Assembly (NCBI GenBank): GCA_045661325.1
Contig: JAZRFK010000041.1
Location: forward strand, 15,719-79,718
Length of the DNA stretch: 64,000 bases
Reading direction: 5' to 3'
DNA from: Eubacteriales bacterium
GTDB lineage: Bacteria > Bacillota > Clostridia > Oscillospirales > CAG-272
Each line of letters opens with the position of its first letter. Within the stretch, counting starts at the first letter, position 1. Below, piece after piece: positions 32,544 to 40,220 of the stretch. The position numbers were made by a program, and so were the translations under genes. The notes under the pieces were generated by a model. That model was not told where the DNA came from. It saw only the letters and a list, made by a program, of their open reading frames with translations, and made no database searches.

Positions 32544-34019
32544 TCAAGCTTCTTCGTTTTTCTTGGAAAGGTAGCCGTAAACGATTTCTTCCTCGGAAAA
32601 GGGATGTAGTCCCGCGCTGTCCCATTCGTATCCCTCATGCCCCTTTCCAAGAAGCAAAAGTGTGTCATCCTTTTCCAGCTCGGAGAGGGCTGTTCTGATG
32701 GCCTTTTCCCGATTGGTAATAACGCGGCGGCGCGAGGTTAAGGACATTCCCGAAAGGATATCCTTGATGATGGAGGCAAGCGCCTCTGTTCGACTGTTGT
32801 CGGCCGTTATATAAACGAAATCGGCAAGCCTCTCGGCGATGCTGCCCATTTGTGCTCGCTTTTCCTTTTCTCTGTTTCCGCCTGCGCCAAACAAAACGAA
32901 AAGCCTCCCGTGGCTTATGCGTCTTGCCGCCTTGATGGCGGCCTCAAAGGCGTTTGGCGTGTGCGCGTAATCAATTATCACCTGAAAGGGTGCACCGAAG
33001 CGCCCCAAGGGCAAAACCTCCATTCTTCCTTTCGGTCGGGGAAAGGAGGCAATGCGCCGTTTGACGCTTTCGGTATCGACACCGAGAAGAAGTGCCGCCG
33101 CGGTTGCCGCCATCACGTTATAGACCTGGAAGCTGCCTATCAGCGAGGTAGAAACGGAGAAGGAAAACTCCTTTGTCTGATGGGTGTAGTTTATGCCGTC
33201 AAGCCCCATTTCATACAAATCCGTGGCGTTTGCGTCTGCTTCCTGCAGAATGCCGATTTTGTAGGCGTCCTTTCTTTCCTTGGCCAGTCTTTCGCCGTAT
33301 GCGTCATCAAGATTGATAACCGCCGCCGCTGCGCTCTTGACGAAGGATGCTTTGACTTGATAATAATTTTCCATATCTCCGTGAAAGTCCAAATGCTCCT
33401 CGGAAAGATTGGTGAACACGGCAAGAGCAAACGAAAGTGCCGCGATTCTTTGAAGTGCGATGGCGTGTGAGGAGACCTCTAAAACAACGGTTGTCGCACC
33501 AAGACTTGCCATTCGTGCAAGCAAGGGATACAAAACGTGTGGCGGCGGCGTTGTCATCGTGGTGTGCGTGGCCTCTTCCAAGGGCTTTCCGTCAACAAAG
33601 GCTCCAAGCGTTCCCAGGTATCCCGTTTTTTCCTTTGCCCCTAACAGATGTGCTAAAATTTGAGCAGTTGTGGTTTTTCCGTTCGTGCCTGTAACCCCGA
33701 TGAAGCGAAGCGGCGAAAGCATCGGGCGATAGAGAGAAGCAAAGGCATAGGCTTCGGCCGCCCGCGCGCTTTTGACAAAATAGCAGGGAAGAGCAACAGA
33801 GGGAAGCCCCTCCTCCCATTCCAGTACGATACCCTTGGCACCCGAAGATTCAATTTGCTTTAAAAGCATCAAAGGGTTGTATGTCTCGCCCTTTATCAGC
33901 ACGAACAAGTCTCCCTCCTTGATTTGAGAGGTGTGGCTTGAAACTCCCGTGAAATTTTCGCTGTCGCTTTGGTAATCGTGAAGCCAAAGCTCTTTTGGTA
34001 TAAGCTCGGATATTTTCAT
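32544..34019 (-). CDS. murE: UDP-MurNAc-L-Ala-D-Glu--2,6-diaminopimelate (or Lys) ligase MurE
   Basis: It has GVTGTNGKTTT and is 491 aa. The specificity motif reads ADNSRTE (the DNPR position), so the added amino acid is uncertain. Confidence 0.92.
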   Translation of the reverse strand: MKISELIPKELWLHDYQSDSENFTGVSSHTSQIKEGDLFVLIKGETYNPLMLLKQIESSGAKGIVLEWEEGLPSVALPCYFVKSARAAEAYAFASLYRPMLSPLRFIGVTGTNGKTTTAQILAHLLGAKEKTGYLGTLGAFVDGKPLEEATHTTMTTPPPHVLYPLLARMASLGATTVVLEVSSHAIALQRIAALSFALAVFTNLSEEHLDFHGDMENYYQVKASFVKSAAAAVINLDDAYGERLAKERKDAYKIGILQEADANATDLYEMGLDGINYTHQTKEFSFSVSTSLIGSFQVYNVMAATAAALLLGVDTESVKRRIASFPRPKGRMEVLPLGRFGAPFQVIIDYAHTPNAFEAAIKAARRISHGRLFVLFGAGGNREKEKRAQMGSIAERLADFVYITADNSRTEALASIIKDILSGMSLTSRRRVITNREKAIRTALSELEKDDTLLLLGKGHEGYEWDSAGLHPFSEEEIVYGYLSKKNEEA

Positions 34020-34041
34020 ATAAAGGCATCCTTTCTTGCGG

Positions 34042-36300
34042 CTATTCCGCTATATCGGTATAAAGAAGCGTGAGGGTGATGACAGTTCCTTTTTTCACCT
34101 TGTAGCCGGGGGGAAGGCTTTGCATGGTGACCGTCGCGGTTGCCGCGAAGGATTGGTTGCGAATGGCGCTAAAGCCAACGTTCAAGGAAGCGTCTAACAG
34201 TAGCTTGATGGCCTCCTCACCCGTTTTTCCTATCAGACTTGGCACAACCGATTCCGAAGAGCCCTCCTCCGTGTAGAGAATAACGTTGCCAAGCCCAACG
34301 GTTAGCGTTGTGTTCGGGGCGGGCGTCTGTGAAAGAACGGTAGAGCCTTCGCCTATCACCGAAACGGAAAGCCCTTGCTTTTGCAAAAGCTTTTTCGCTT
34401 CCGAAAGCGAAAGACCTATGTAGCTTGTTGTTTCCACCGTTGTGACGTCCTTCTCCTTTGGCTCAATCCCGAGATAAGGAAGAATGGCCTCGTAAAGCTT
34501 TCCAACGTACGGTGCGGCTGTAACGCTGCCGTATTTGATGTTGCAGGTTGGCTCGTCAACGATAAAGATAATGGCAATTTCGGCGTCATCGTACGGCGCA
34601 TAGCCTACGCAGGAGCCGATACGAAGATAAGAATTTCCGTTTGAATCCAAAATATCGAATTTCTCACTGGTGCCCGTCTTGGCAGCGATTTGGTAACCAA
34701 CCACCGCGGCATTTTTGGCACCACCGTCACCGCTGACGCCTCCCTCCAAAATCGCCGATACCGTCTTGGCGGTTTCTTCGGATATGACCTGCCTTTTTTT
34801 CTCGGTTTGATAGGTGTATAGCGTATTTCCGTCCTTGTCTAAAACGGCATCCAAGAGGTGCGGCGTTACAAGAACGCCGCCGTTGGCAACGGCGGCAACG
34901 GCGCAAAGCTGCTGCAAAACGGAAACCTTGAAGCGCTGTCCGAAGGAGGCCGTTGCCAGCTCTGTCGTGCCAAGAGAGGACTCGCTGTGAAAAATACCAA
35001 GGCCTTCGCCCGGTAAGTCTATTCCTGTCCTTTCGCCGTATCCAAAGGCAAGGAAATATCGATAAAAGGCCGAGGCGCCTATTCTTTCGACCGTTTGCAT
35101 CATGCAGGGGTTGCAGGATTGCTGAAGCCCCTGGGTGAAGGTGATGCTGCCATGACCCTTGCGCTTGTGGCAGGAAATTCGGCAACCGCCAACGAGGTAT
35201 GAGCCACCACAGAAGAAGGGACTTTGGGGCGTGACCGCCTTTTCTTCAATGGCTACGGCCGAGGTGATGATCTTGAAGGTTGAGCCGGGCTCGTATATCT
35301 CACTGACCGCCTTGTTTCGCCACATCTCATACAAAAGCTCGTTTTTGGCCTTTTTATATTCCGCTGAATCGCTGCTGTACCCTAACGCAAGAAGTGCCTC
35401 ATTTGAGGCCGCATCCAACGTATAGGGGGAGTTTAAATCGAAGGAGGGAGCGGTTGCCATGCCAAGAATGCCGCCTGTTTTTACGTTCATCACGATGCCT
35501 GTGGCGCGGTTTTGGGCGCCCGTTGCCGCAATAGCCTCCTCTAAACACCGCTCCAACTGCGTTTGAACGTACACGTCAAGGGTGGTTTGTATAGAGAGGC
35601 CGTCCTCTGCCTTTACGTAGTCGGTGTATGCGGAGGGAAGCTTGACACCTTGCGAGTCAACGGCGCTGATATACTGTCCGTCCGTGCCCGTTAAAAGCTT
35701 ATCGTAATAAGCCTCCAAGCCAAAAAGGCCTTGGTTATCGCTGCCCGTAAACCCAATGGCGTGAGCGGCCAGGGTGGAGAAGGGATAATAGCGCTTGGTG
35801 CCTGCCTCTGCGTGAACCATAGAGGAAAGCCCCTTTTCCTTAACAAAGCGCATAACCTTTTCCGTGGTTTCCTTATCGGCGTTTTTCAAAATGGTTTGAT
35901 CTAAGTAAGCAGAGGCGGAGGCCTTCTTTAAAATCTCCTCTTTGTTCAGCCCCAACAGAGCACCAAGGCCCTCTGCAATGATAGACGCGTAATCCTTTCC
36001 GTCCTTCTTTTTGGCCTTTTGAATATCAACAGGGGAAACGTAAATGCGCCATACCGTTTGGTTTGTTGCCAGCACGTTGCCGTTTCTATCTAAAATTTCG
36101 CCGCGCTCCGCGCTGAGTGAGGAGCCAACGGTAATTTGTCGCAGAACCTTGCTTTGATAGCTTTGATAACCGAAAACCTGCATACGAAAGAGGGTGAATA
36201 GGAAATATAGCAAGCAGATCCCGAAGAACAAAAGAAGAATATGGACTCTGTCCTTGGTAATACGTGCGGAATACGGCTTTGTTCCTTGGCGCTTTTTCAC
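34042..36300 (-). CDS. Class B penicillin-binding protein (FtsI/PBP2B/SpoVD-type) with C-terminal PASTA domains
   Basis: 752 aa with an N-terminal TM helix. The transpeptidase motifs are STFK (in PGSTFKIIT) and KTGT (in AAKTGTSE). Two PASTA-like repeats sit at the C-terminus. The start codon is GTG. Confidence 0.92.
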   Translation of the reverse strand: MKKRQGTKPYSARITKDRVHILLLFFGICLLYFLFTLFRMQVFGYQSYQSKVLRQITVGSSLSAERGEILDRNGNVLATNQTVWRIYVSPVDIQKAKKKDGKDYASIIAEGLGALLGLNKEEILKKASASAYLDQTILKNADKETTEKVMRFVKEKGLSSMVHAEAGTKRYYPFSTLAAHAIGFTGSDNQGLFGLEAYYDKLLTGTDGQYISAVDSQGVKLPSAYTDYVKAEDGLSIQTTLDVYVQTQLERCLEEAIAATGAQNRATGIVMNVKTGGILGMATAPSFDLNSPYTLDAASNEALLALGYSSDSAEYKKAKNELLYEMWRNKAVSEIYEPGSTFKIITSAVAIEEKAVTPQSPFFCGGSYLVGGCRISCHKRKGHGSITFTQGLQQSCNPCMMQTVERIGASAFYRYFLAFGYGERTGIDLPGEGLGIFHSESSLGTTELATASFGQRFKVSVLQQLCAVAAVANGGVLVTPHLLDAVLDKDGNTLYTYQTEKKRQVISEETAKTVSAILEGGVSGDGGAKNAAVVGYQIAAKTGTSEKFDILDSNGNSYLRIGSCVGYAPYDDAEIAIIFIVDEPTCNIKYGSVTAAPYVGKLYEAILPYLGIEPKEKDVTTVETTSYIGLSLSEAKKLLQKQGLSVSVIGEGSTVLSQTPAPNTTLTVGLGNVILYTEEGSSESVVPSLIGKTGEEAIKLLLDASLNVGFSAIRNQSFAATATVTMQSLPPGYKVKKGTVITLTLLYTDIAE

Positions 36301-36312
36301 GGTTTTTCCCCT

Positions 36313-36352
36313 AAAACAAAAAAATATAGCGACAACCGAAGTTATCGCTATA
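36313..36352 (-). terminator. Intrinsic terminator/attenuator-like hairpin inside the dcw operon, between the FtsL-position ORF and the PBP gene
   Basis: A perfect 9-bp stem pairs ATATAGCGA (36324-36332) with TCGCTATAT (36344-36352). On the minus strand it is followed by TTTTTTTGTTTT (complement of 36312-36323). Confidence 0.45.
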
Positions 36353-36406
36353 TCTTATGGGGGGAAATAAGGGAATATACCAAAATTAGTGGGGTGGAAG
36401 GGGAGA

Positions 36407-36850
36407 TTAAAGCAGACGGGGCTCCTCTAAGCACAGTGCGTCAAAGCCCTCTAGCTCGGTGGGAATGGTCAAAATATCAGCGTCTGCAATACCGTCCGTT
36501 TCTGCAATGGGGGACGCCCCCTGAACGAAGCCGTCAGCAATCTGATTGAAGAAGGCACCCGAGAACAAAAGCGTGCCGACAATCAAAAGAACCATGGAGA
36601 TAGCAACCAGACTTCCCAAGGAAAAGAGACGCTTGCCCTGCTTTTCCTTCTGCTTTTTCGGGAGAGAGTTGGCCTTCTTCATATGCACCTCTGCGGGCAG
36701 GGTGCGTCTTGCGGTTGCTTCATATTTTTCGGCGCGCTCAAGCATAGCCTCTCCGATGGTTTTGTCACCGCAGGAGAAGCGCGCCAGCATTTTTACGTAA
36801 AGGGAGTTGAATTCGGCATTGTTTGCCTGAAAGGGAACCTGGTTGGTCAT
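36407..36850 (-). CDS. Single-pass membrane protein in the FtsL position of the dcw cluster (atypical; function unproven)
   Basis: 147 aa with RBS AAAGGA. An 80-aa basic N-terminal region is followed by the TM helix LFSLGSLVAISMVLLIVGTLLFSGAFF and a short acidic C-terminus. The assignment is by position only. Confidence 0.6.
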   Translation of the reverse strand: MTNQVPFQANNAEFNSLYVKMLARFSCGDKTIGEAMLERAEKYEATARRTLPAEVHMKKANSLPKKQKEKQGKRLFSLGSLVAISMVLLIVGTLLFSGAFFNQIADGFVQGASPIAETDGIADADILTIPTELEGFDALCLEEPRLL

Positions 36851-36867
36851 ACTTGCAAATCCTTTCT

Positions 36868-37812
36868 TTATAGTTTTTCTGCCACGCGGAGCTTAGCGCT
36901 TCGGGAGCGGGGATTTACCTTAAGCTCCTCCTCTGTGGGAAGCGCGGGCTTTTTCGTGACGATTTTTATTTTTGGTTTTTTTCCGCAAACACAAACGGGG
37001 AAGTCCTTGGGGCAAACGCAACCGCTTGCCAAATCACCGAAGGTTTGCTTGACGATTCTGTCCTCTAAGGATTGGAAGGAAAGAATGGCGCATCTGCCGC
37101 CGGGAATCAAATGTCGCTCTGCGGCGCGAAGGAGGGGCTCAATGGCATCAAGCTCACCGTTTACCTCAATCCGAATGGCTTGGAAGGAGCGCTTGGCGGG
37201 ATGATGACCGCCCTCTTTGGCGGAAGCAGGCATGGCGGATTTAATGATGTCCACAAGCTGCTTGGTGGAGCGAATGGGATTTTTTTGCCTTTCGGCAACG
37301 ATTTTTGCGGCGATACGGCCGGAAAATTTTTCTTCTCCGTATTGCCAGAGAATTTTCTTTAAGGCTTCCTCAGAATAAGTATTGACAACAATCTCTGCGG
37401 TTAATCGCGAGGTTTTATCCATTCTCATATCTAAGGGCGCGTCATGCTGATAAGAAAAACCGCGCTCGGGTGTGTCGAACTGATAAGAAGAGCAGCCAAG
37501 GTCGGCAAGAACACCTGCCAGATTGTCAATGGCGAGCTCCGAAAGAACATCGTCAATCTCTGCAAAATTGGCGTGTACGAAGGTGATACGGTCACTGTAA
37601 TCGGCGAGACGGCGCTTGGCAGCAGAGAGGGCATCCTCGTCTCTGTCAAAGCAAATTAAGCGTCCACCGTGCGTGAGGCGTTTTGCAATTTCAAGAGAAT
37701 GACCGCCGCCGCCCGTTGTACAATCCACATAGGTTTTATTCGGTTGGATTTGCAAAGCGTCTATACACTCGTTAAGCATAACGGAGTAGTGCGAAAAAAC
37801 AACTTCTGCCAT
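36868..37812 (-). CDS. rsmH: 16S rRNA (cytosine1402-N4)-methyltransferase RsmH (MraW)
   Basis: It has HYSVMLNECIDAL, DCTTGGGGHS and the C-terminal PRSRSAKLR. ATG 37812 follows GGAAGGA. An alternative ATG at 37824 overlaps the mraZ stop. Confidence 0.93.
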   Translation of the reverse strand: MAEVVFSHYSVMLNECIDALQIQPNKTYVDCTTGGGGHSLEIAKRLTHGGRLICFDRDEDALSAAKRRLADYSDRITFVHANFAEIDDVLSELAIDNLAGVLADLGCSSYQFDTPERGFSYQHDAPLDMRMDKTSRLTAEIVVNTYSEEALKKILWQYGEEKFSGRIAAKIVAERQKNPIRSTKQLVDIIKSAMPASAKEGGHHPAKRSFQAIRIEVNGELDAIEPLLRAAERHLIPGGRCAILSFQSLEDRIVKQTFGDLASGCVCPKDFPVCVCGKKPKIKIVTKKPALPTEEELKVNPRSRSAKLRVAEKL

Positions 37813-37823
37813 ATATCCTTCCA

Positions 37824-38249
37824 TTAAAGGCCAAACTGACGGAACAGCGAGGCGATTTCATCCAAATCCAATTCTTTTTCGTTCTTGTCCCAAGTCTCTT
37901 CATTCCATATTTGCAAATGGTCACCGACACCGGCAATCACGACGTTTTTGTCGATTTTTGCGTACCCAAGAAGAGAAGCGGGAAGTAAAATGCGCCCGTG
38001 GGTATCGGGAGTTACCTGCGTCGTTTTAGAGAAAACGAAGCGTTTGAGAATGCCGACTTGTGAGTCGGGAAGCGTATTCAGCTTTTCAGAGAACTTTTTC
38101 CATTCCTCTTCGGAATAGACGGCAAGGCACTCTTCACCCATTTTTCGCGTAACGTAAAACGAATCGCCAAACTCTTCGCGAAACTTAGCGGGAATAAAAA
38201 GACGGTTTTTTGCGTCTATATTGTGCCGATACTCGCCAAGCAAGGTCAT
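37824..38249 (-). CDS. mraZ: Transcriptional regulator MraZ
   Basis: GEYRHNIDAKNRLFIPAKFR and a second DxxGRILLP SpoVT-AbrB repeat are present. The protein is 141 aa and is the first gene of the dcw block. Confidence 0.95.
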   Translation of the reverse strand: MTLLGEYRHNIDAKNRLFIPAKFREEFGDSFYVTRKMGEECLAVYSEEEWKKFSEKLNTLPDSQVGILKRFVFSKTTQVTPDTHGRILLPASLLGYAKIDKNVVIAGVGDHLQIWNEETWDKNEKELDLDEIASLFRQFGL

Positions 38250-38308
38250 CAGAACGCCTCTCCTTTCTCATTTTCGGTCGGTTTTGGGGCTAAAAAGGGA
38301 AATTGACA

Positions 38309-38388
38309 CACTTTTGTGCCACTTTGCATCATTTTTGCCCACTTTGCACCACCAAGCATATTATATACCCTATTTTGTAGAAAAGCAA
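38309..38388 (-). promoter_or_regulatory. mraZ promoter (TTGCTT-17-TATAAT) followed by four ~10-bp-phased CAAAGTG-type direct repeats (candidate MraZ boxes)
   Basis: The complement of 38383-38388 is TTGCTT and the complement of 38360-38365 is TATAAT. Plus-strand CACTTTTG (38309), CACTTTG (38320), CATTTTTG (38330) and CACTTTG (38340) are CAAAGTG/CAAAAGTG boxes on the minus strand. Confidence 0.55.
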
Positions 38389-38590
38389 GAGCAAAGCAAA
38401 AAAAGTTGTGTAGAAATTTTTGCCTCATTTTTGTGCAACCTGCACAAAAACTTAGAGGGGCTCTTTGGATTCCGCTTTGGGTTTTTAAGGCGAGAAAAAA
38501 GCGAAAATTATCTTCGAAGCGCGGTCGGAAAAAAGAGAAAAAAAGAACGAAAAAAAGCAAAAAAATAATGGATAAATGTCCGTAATTAAG

Positions 38591-38619
38591 TTGACAATTT
38601 TAGAATAATAGTGTATAAT
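38591..38619 (+). promoter_or_regulatory. Consensus promoter TTGACA-17-TATAAT for the nusB block
   Basis: TTGACA is at 38591-38596 and TATAAT at 38614-38619. Confidence 0.65.
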
Positions 38620-38668
38620 TATACTGGTTTTTTATCGGCTGGCAAAAGCAAGCCGAGGAAACGAAAAG

Positions 38669-39193
38669 ATGAAAGAAAGACAAAAGAAGGGAAAGCTTTT
38701 TGCGGGCTCTCGGTTGAAACAAGAGCGCCTTGTCAAAAAGTCAAAGACTATGAACCGTTTGGAAGAAAGAAGACTGGAACGCGAAAACGCATTTTCTATG
38801 CTTTTTGAGTGGGAGTTTGATACCGCTCGCGATATAGAGGAAATCTATCAAAACGCTATGGAGGCAAGGGAGTTGAAGCCTTCGACCTACATAGAGGACG
38901 TTTTGCACGGTATTGCGGCGCATCGCGAGGAGCTTGACGCTTTGATTGCTGCCCATTCGAACGGCTGGAAAAGAAACCGTATTTCTCACGTGGCTGCCGC
39001 TGTGATGCTTCTGGCTTCTTACGAGATGCTGTATCGGGAGGATATTCCCGTGCGCGTTTCCTTAAACGAAGCCGTTGAGCTGATGAAAAAGTTTGACGAG
39101 GAAAAGGCGCGTGTGTTCGTAAACGGCGTTCTGAACGCCATCGCGCAGGAAATTGAAGAGAAGAACGCCTCTTCGCAAAGCGGCGAGGAATAA
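38669..39193 (+). CDS. nusB: Transcription antitermination factor NusB
   Basis: RENAFSMLFEWEF...HREELDALI...WKRNRISHVAAAVMLLASYEMLY...VSLNEAVELMKKF fits the NusB pattern. ATG 38669 has the RBS GAGGAAA. A shorter start at ATG 38750 (MNRLEE) is possible. Confidence 0.85.
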   Translation: MKERQKKGKLFAGSRLKQERLVKKSKTMNRLEERRLERENAFSMLFEWEFDTARDIEEIYQNAMEARELKPSTYIEDVLHGIAAHREELDALIAAHSNGWKRNRISHVAAAVMLLASYEMLYREDIPVRVSLNEAVELMKKFDEEKARVFVNGVLNAIAQEIEEKNASSQSGEE

Positions 39194-39207
39194 GGGATAA
39201 AGAAGGC

Positions 39208-40185
39208 ATGAACCATTCGTATGTTTTGGGCATCGACACCAGTAACTATACTACCTCCGTTGCCGTTGCCGATACAAATGGGCAAATCGTCGCCAATTTA
39301 AAGCGACCGTTGCCCGTTGCCGAGGGAGCTTGCGGCCTGCGCCAATCGGATGCACTTTTTGCACACGTTAAAAACCTTCCTTCTCTGATGCAGGAGCTTC
39401 GCTCTGTTCTGAACGGAGAAGCGCCCGTTGCCGTTGGCGTTTCGTCGAAACCTCGCAATCAGGAGGGCTCTTATATGCCTTGCTTTTTGGCAGGGGTTGC
39501 CGCCGCGGAATCGGCATCTGCTGCCCTTGGTGTTCCGCTTTACACCTTTTCGCATCAATGCGGCCATCTGCGCGCCGCTATGTATTCCGCTAAAAAGGCA
39601 GATTTACTCGGCGCTGCGTTTGGCGCTTTTCATATTTCGGGCGGAACGACCGAAATGCTTCTGGCGAAGCCTGCTTCCTTGGGCTTTGCGGTGCAGCTGC
39701 TCGGCGGAACGGCCGATTTAAATGCAGGACAAGCCGTTGATCGCGTTGGCGTGATGATGGGGCTTTCTTTCCCCTGCGGCCCTGCCCTTGAAGTGTTGGC
39801 AAGCGAATATTTGGCAAGAAACGGTGAAAAATCCGTTCCCAAGCGGAAAATCAAGGTGGAGAACGGCGAAATACATCTTTCGGGCTTGGAAAACCTTGCC
39901 GAAAAGCTTTACAAGGAAACGAATGACAAGGGACTTACCGCCGCCTTCGTCTTATCCTATATCGCTACTGCTCTTTGCGAGCTAACCAAGTACCTTCGCG
40001 CGCAAAACGGCGAGACGCTTCCTGTCTTGTTTTCGGGCGGCGTTATGTCAAACCGCATTATTCAGCAAAGAATTAAAACCAATTTTAACAATGTCTTTTT
40101 TGCAGAGCCCGCCTTTTCTGCGGATAATGCCGCAGGCATCGCGCTTTTGGCGTTAGAGGCTTATCAAAGCGAAAAGGCGCAATAA
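39208..40185 (+). CDS. Kae1/TsaD-family (peptidase M22, ASKHA-fold) protein, divergent paralog
   Basis: VLGIDTSNYTTSVAV is a phosphate-1-like motif, SHQCGHL corresponds to the HxxxH metal site, and FHISGGTTE is also present. The protein is 325 aa. Confidence 0.65.
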   Translation: MNHSYVLGIDTSNYTTSVAVADTNGQIVANLKRPLPVAEGACGLRQSDALFAHVKNLPSLMQELRSVLNGEAPVAVGVSSKPRNQEGSYMPCFLAGVAAAESASAALGVPLYTFSHQCGHLRAAMYSAKKADLLGAAFGAFHISGGTTEMLLAKPASLGFAVQLLGGTADLNAGQAVDRVGVMMGLSFPCGPALEVLASEYLARNGEKSVPKRKIKVENGEIHLSGLENLAEKLYKETNDKGLTAAFVLSYIATALCELTKYLRAQNGETLPVLFSGGVMSNRIIQQRIKTNFNNVFFAEPAFSADNAAGIALLALEAYQSEKAQ

Positions 40186-40220
40186 CCCCTCATTTATGCC
40201 GAAAGAAAGGAAGGGTATAT

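Noticed and set aside
38221-38808. Several 65-115-aa ORFs on both strands in the mraZ-nusB intergenic region
   Set aside because: They are A/T- and Lys/Phe-rich low-complexity translations of a promoter-rich divergent intergenic region, with no RBS. The region is explained by the mraZ and nusB promoters and the MraZ boxes.
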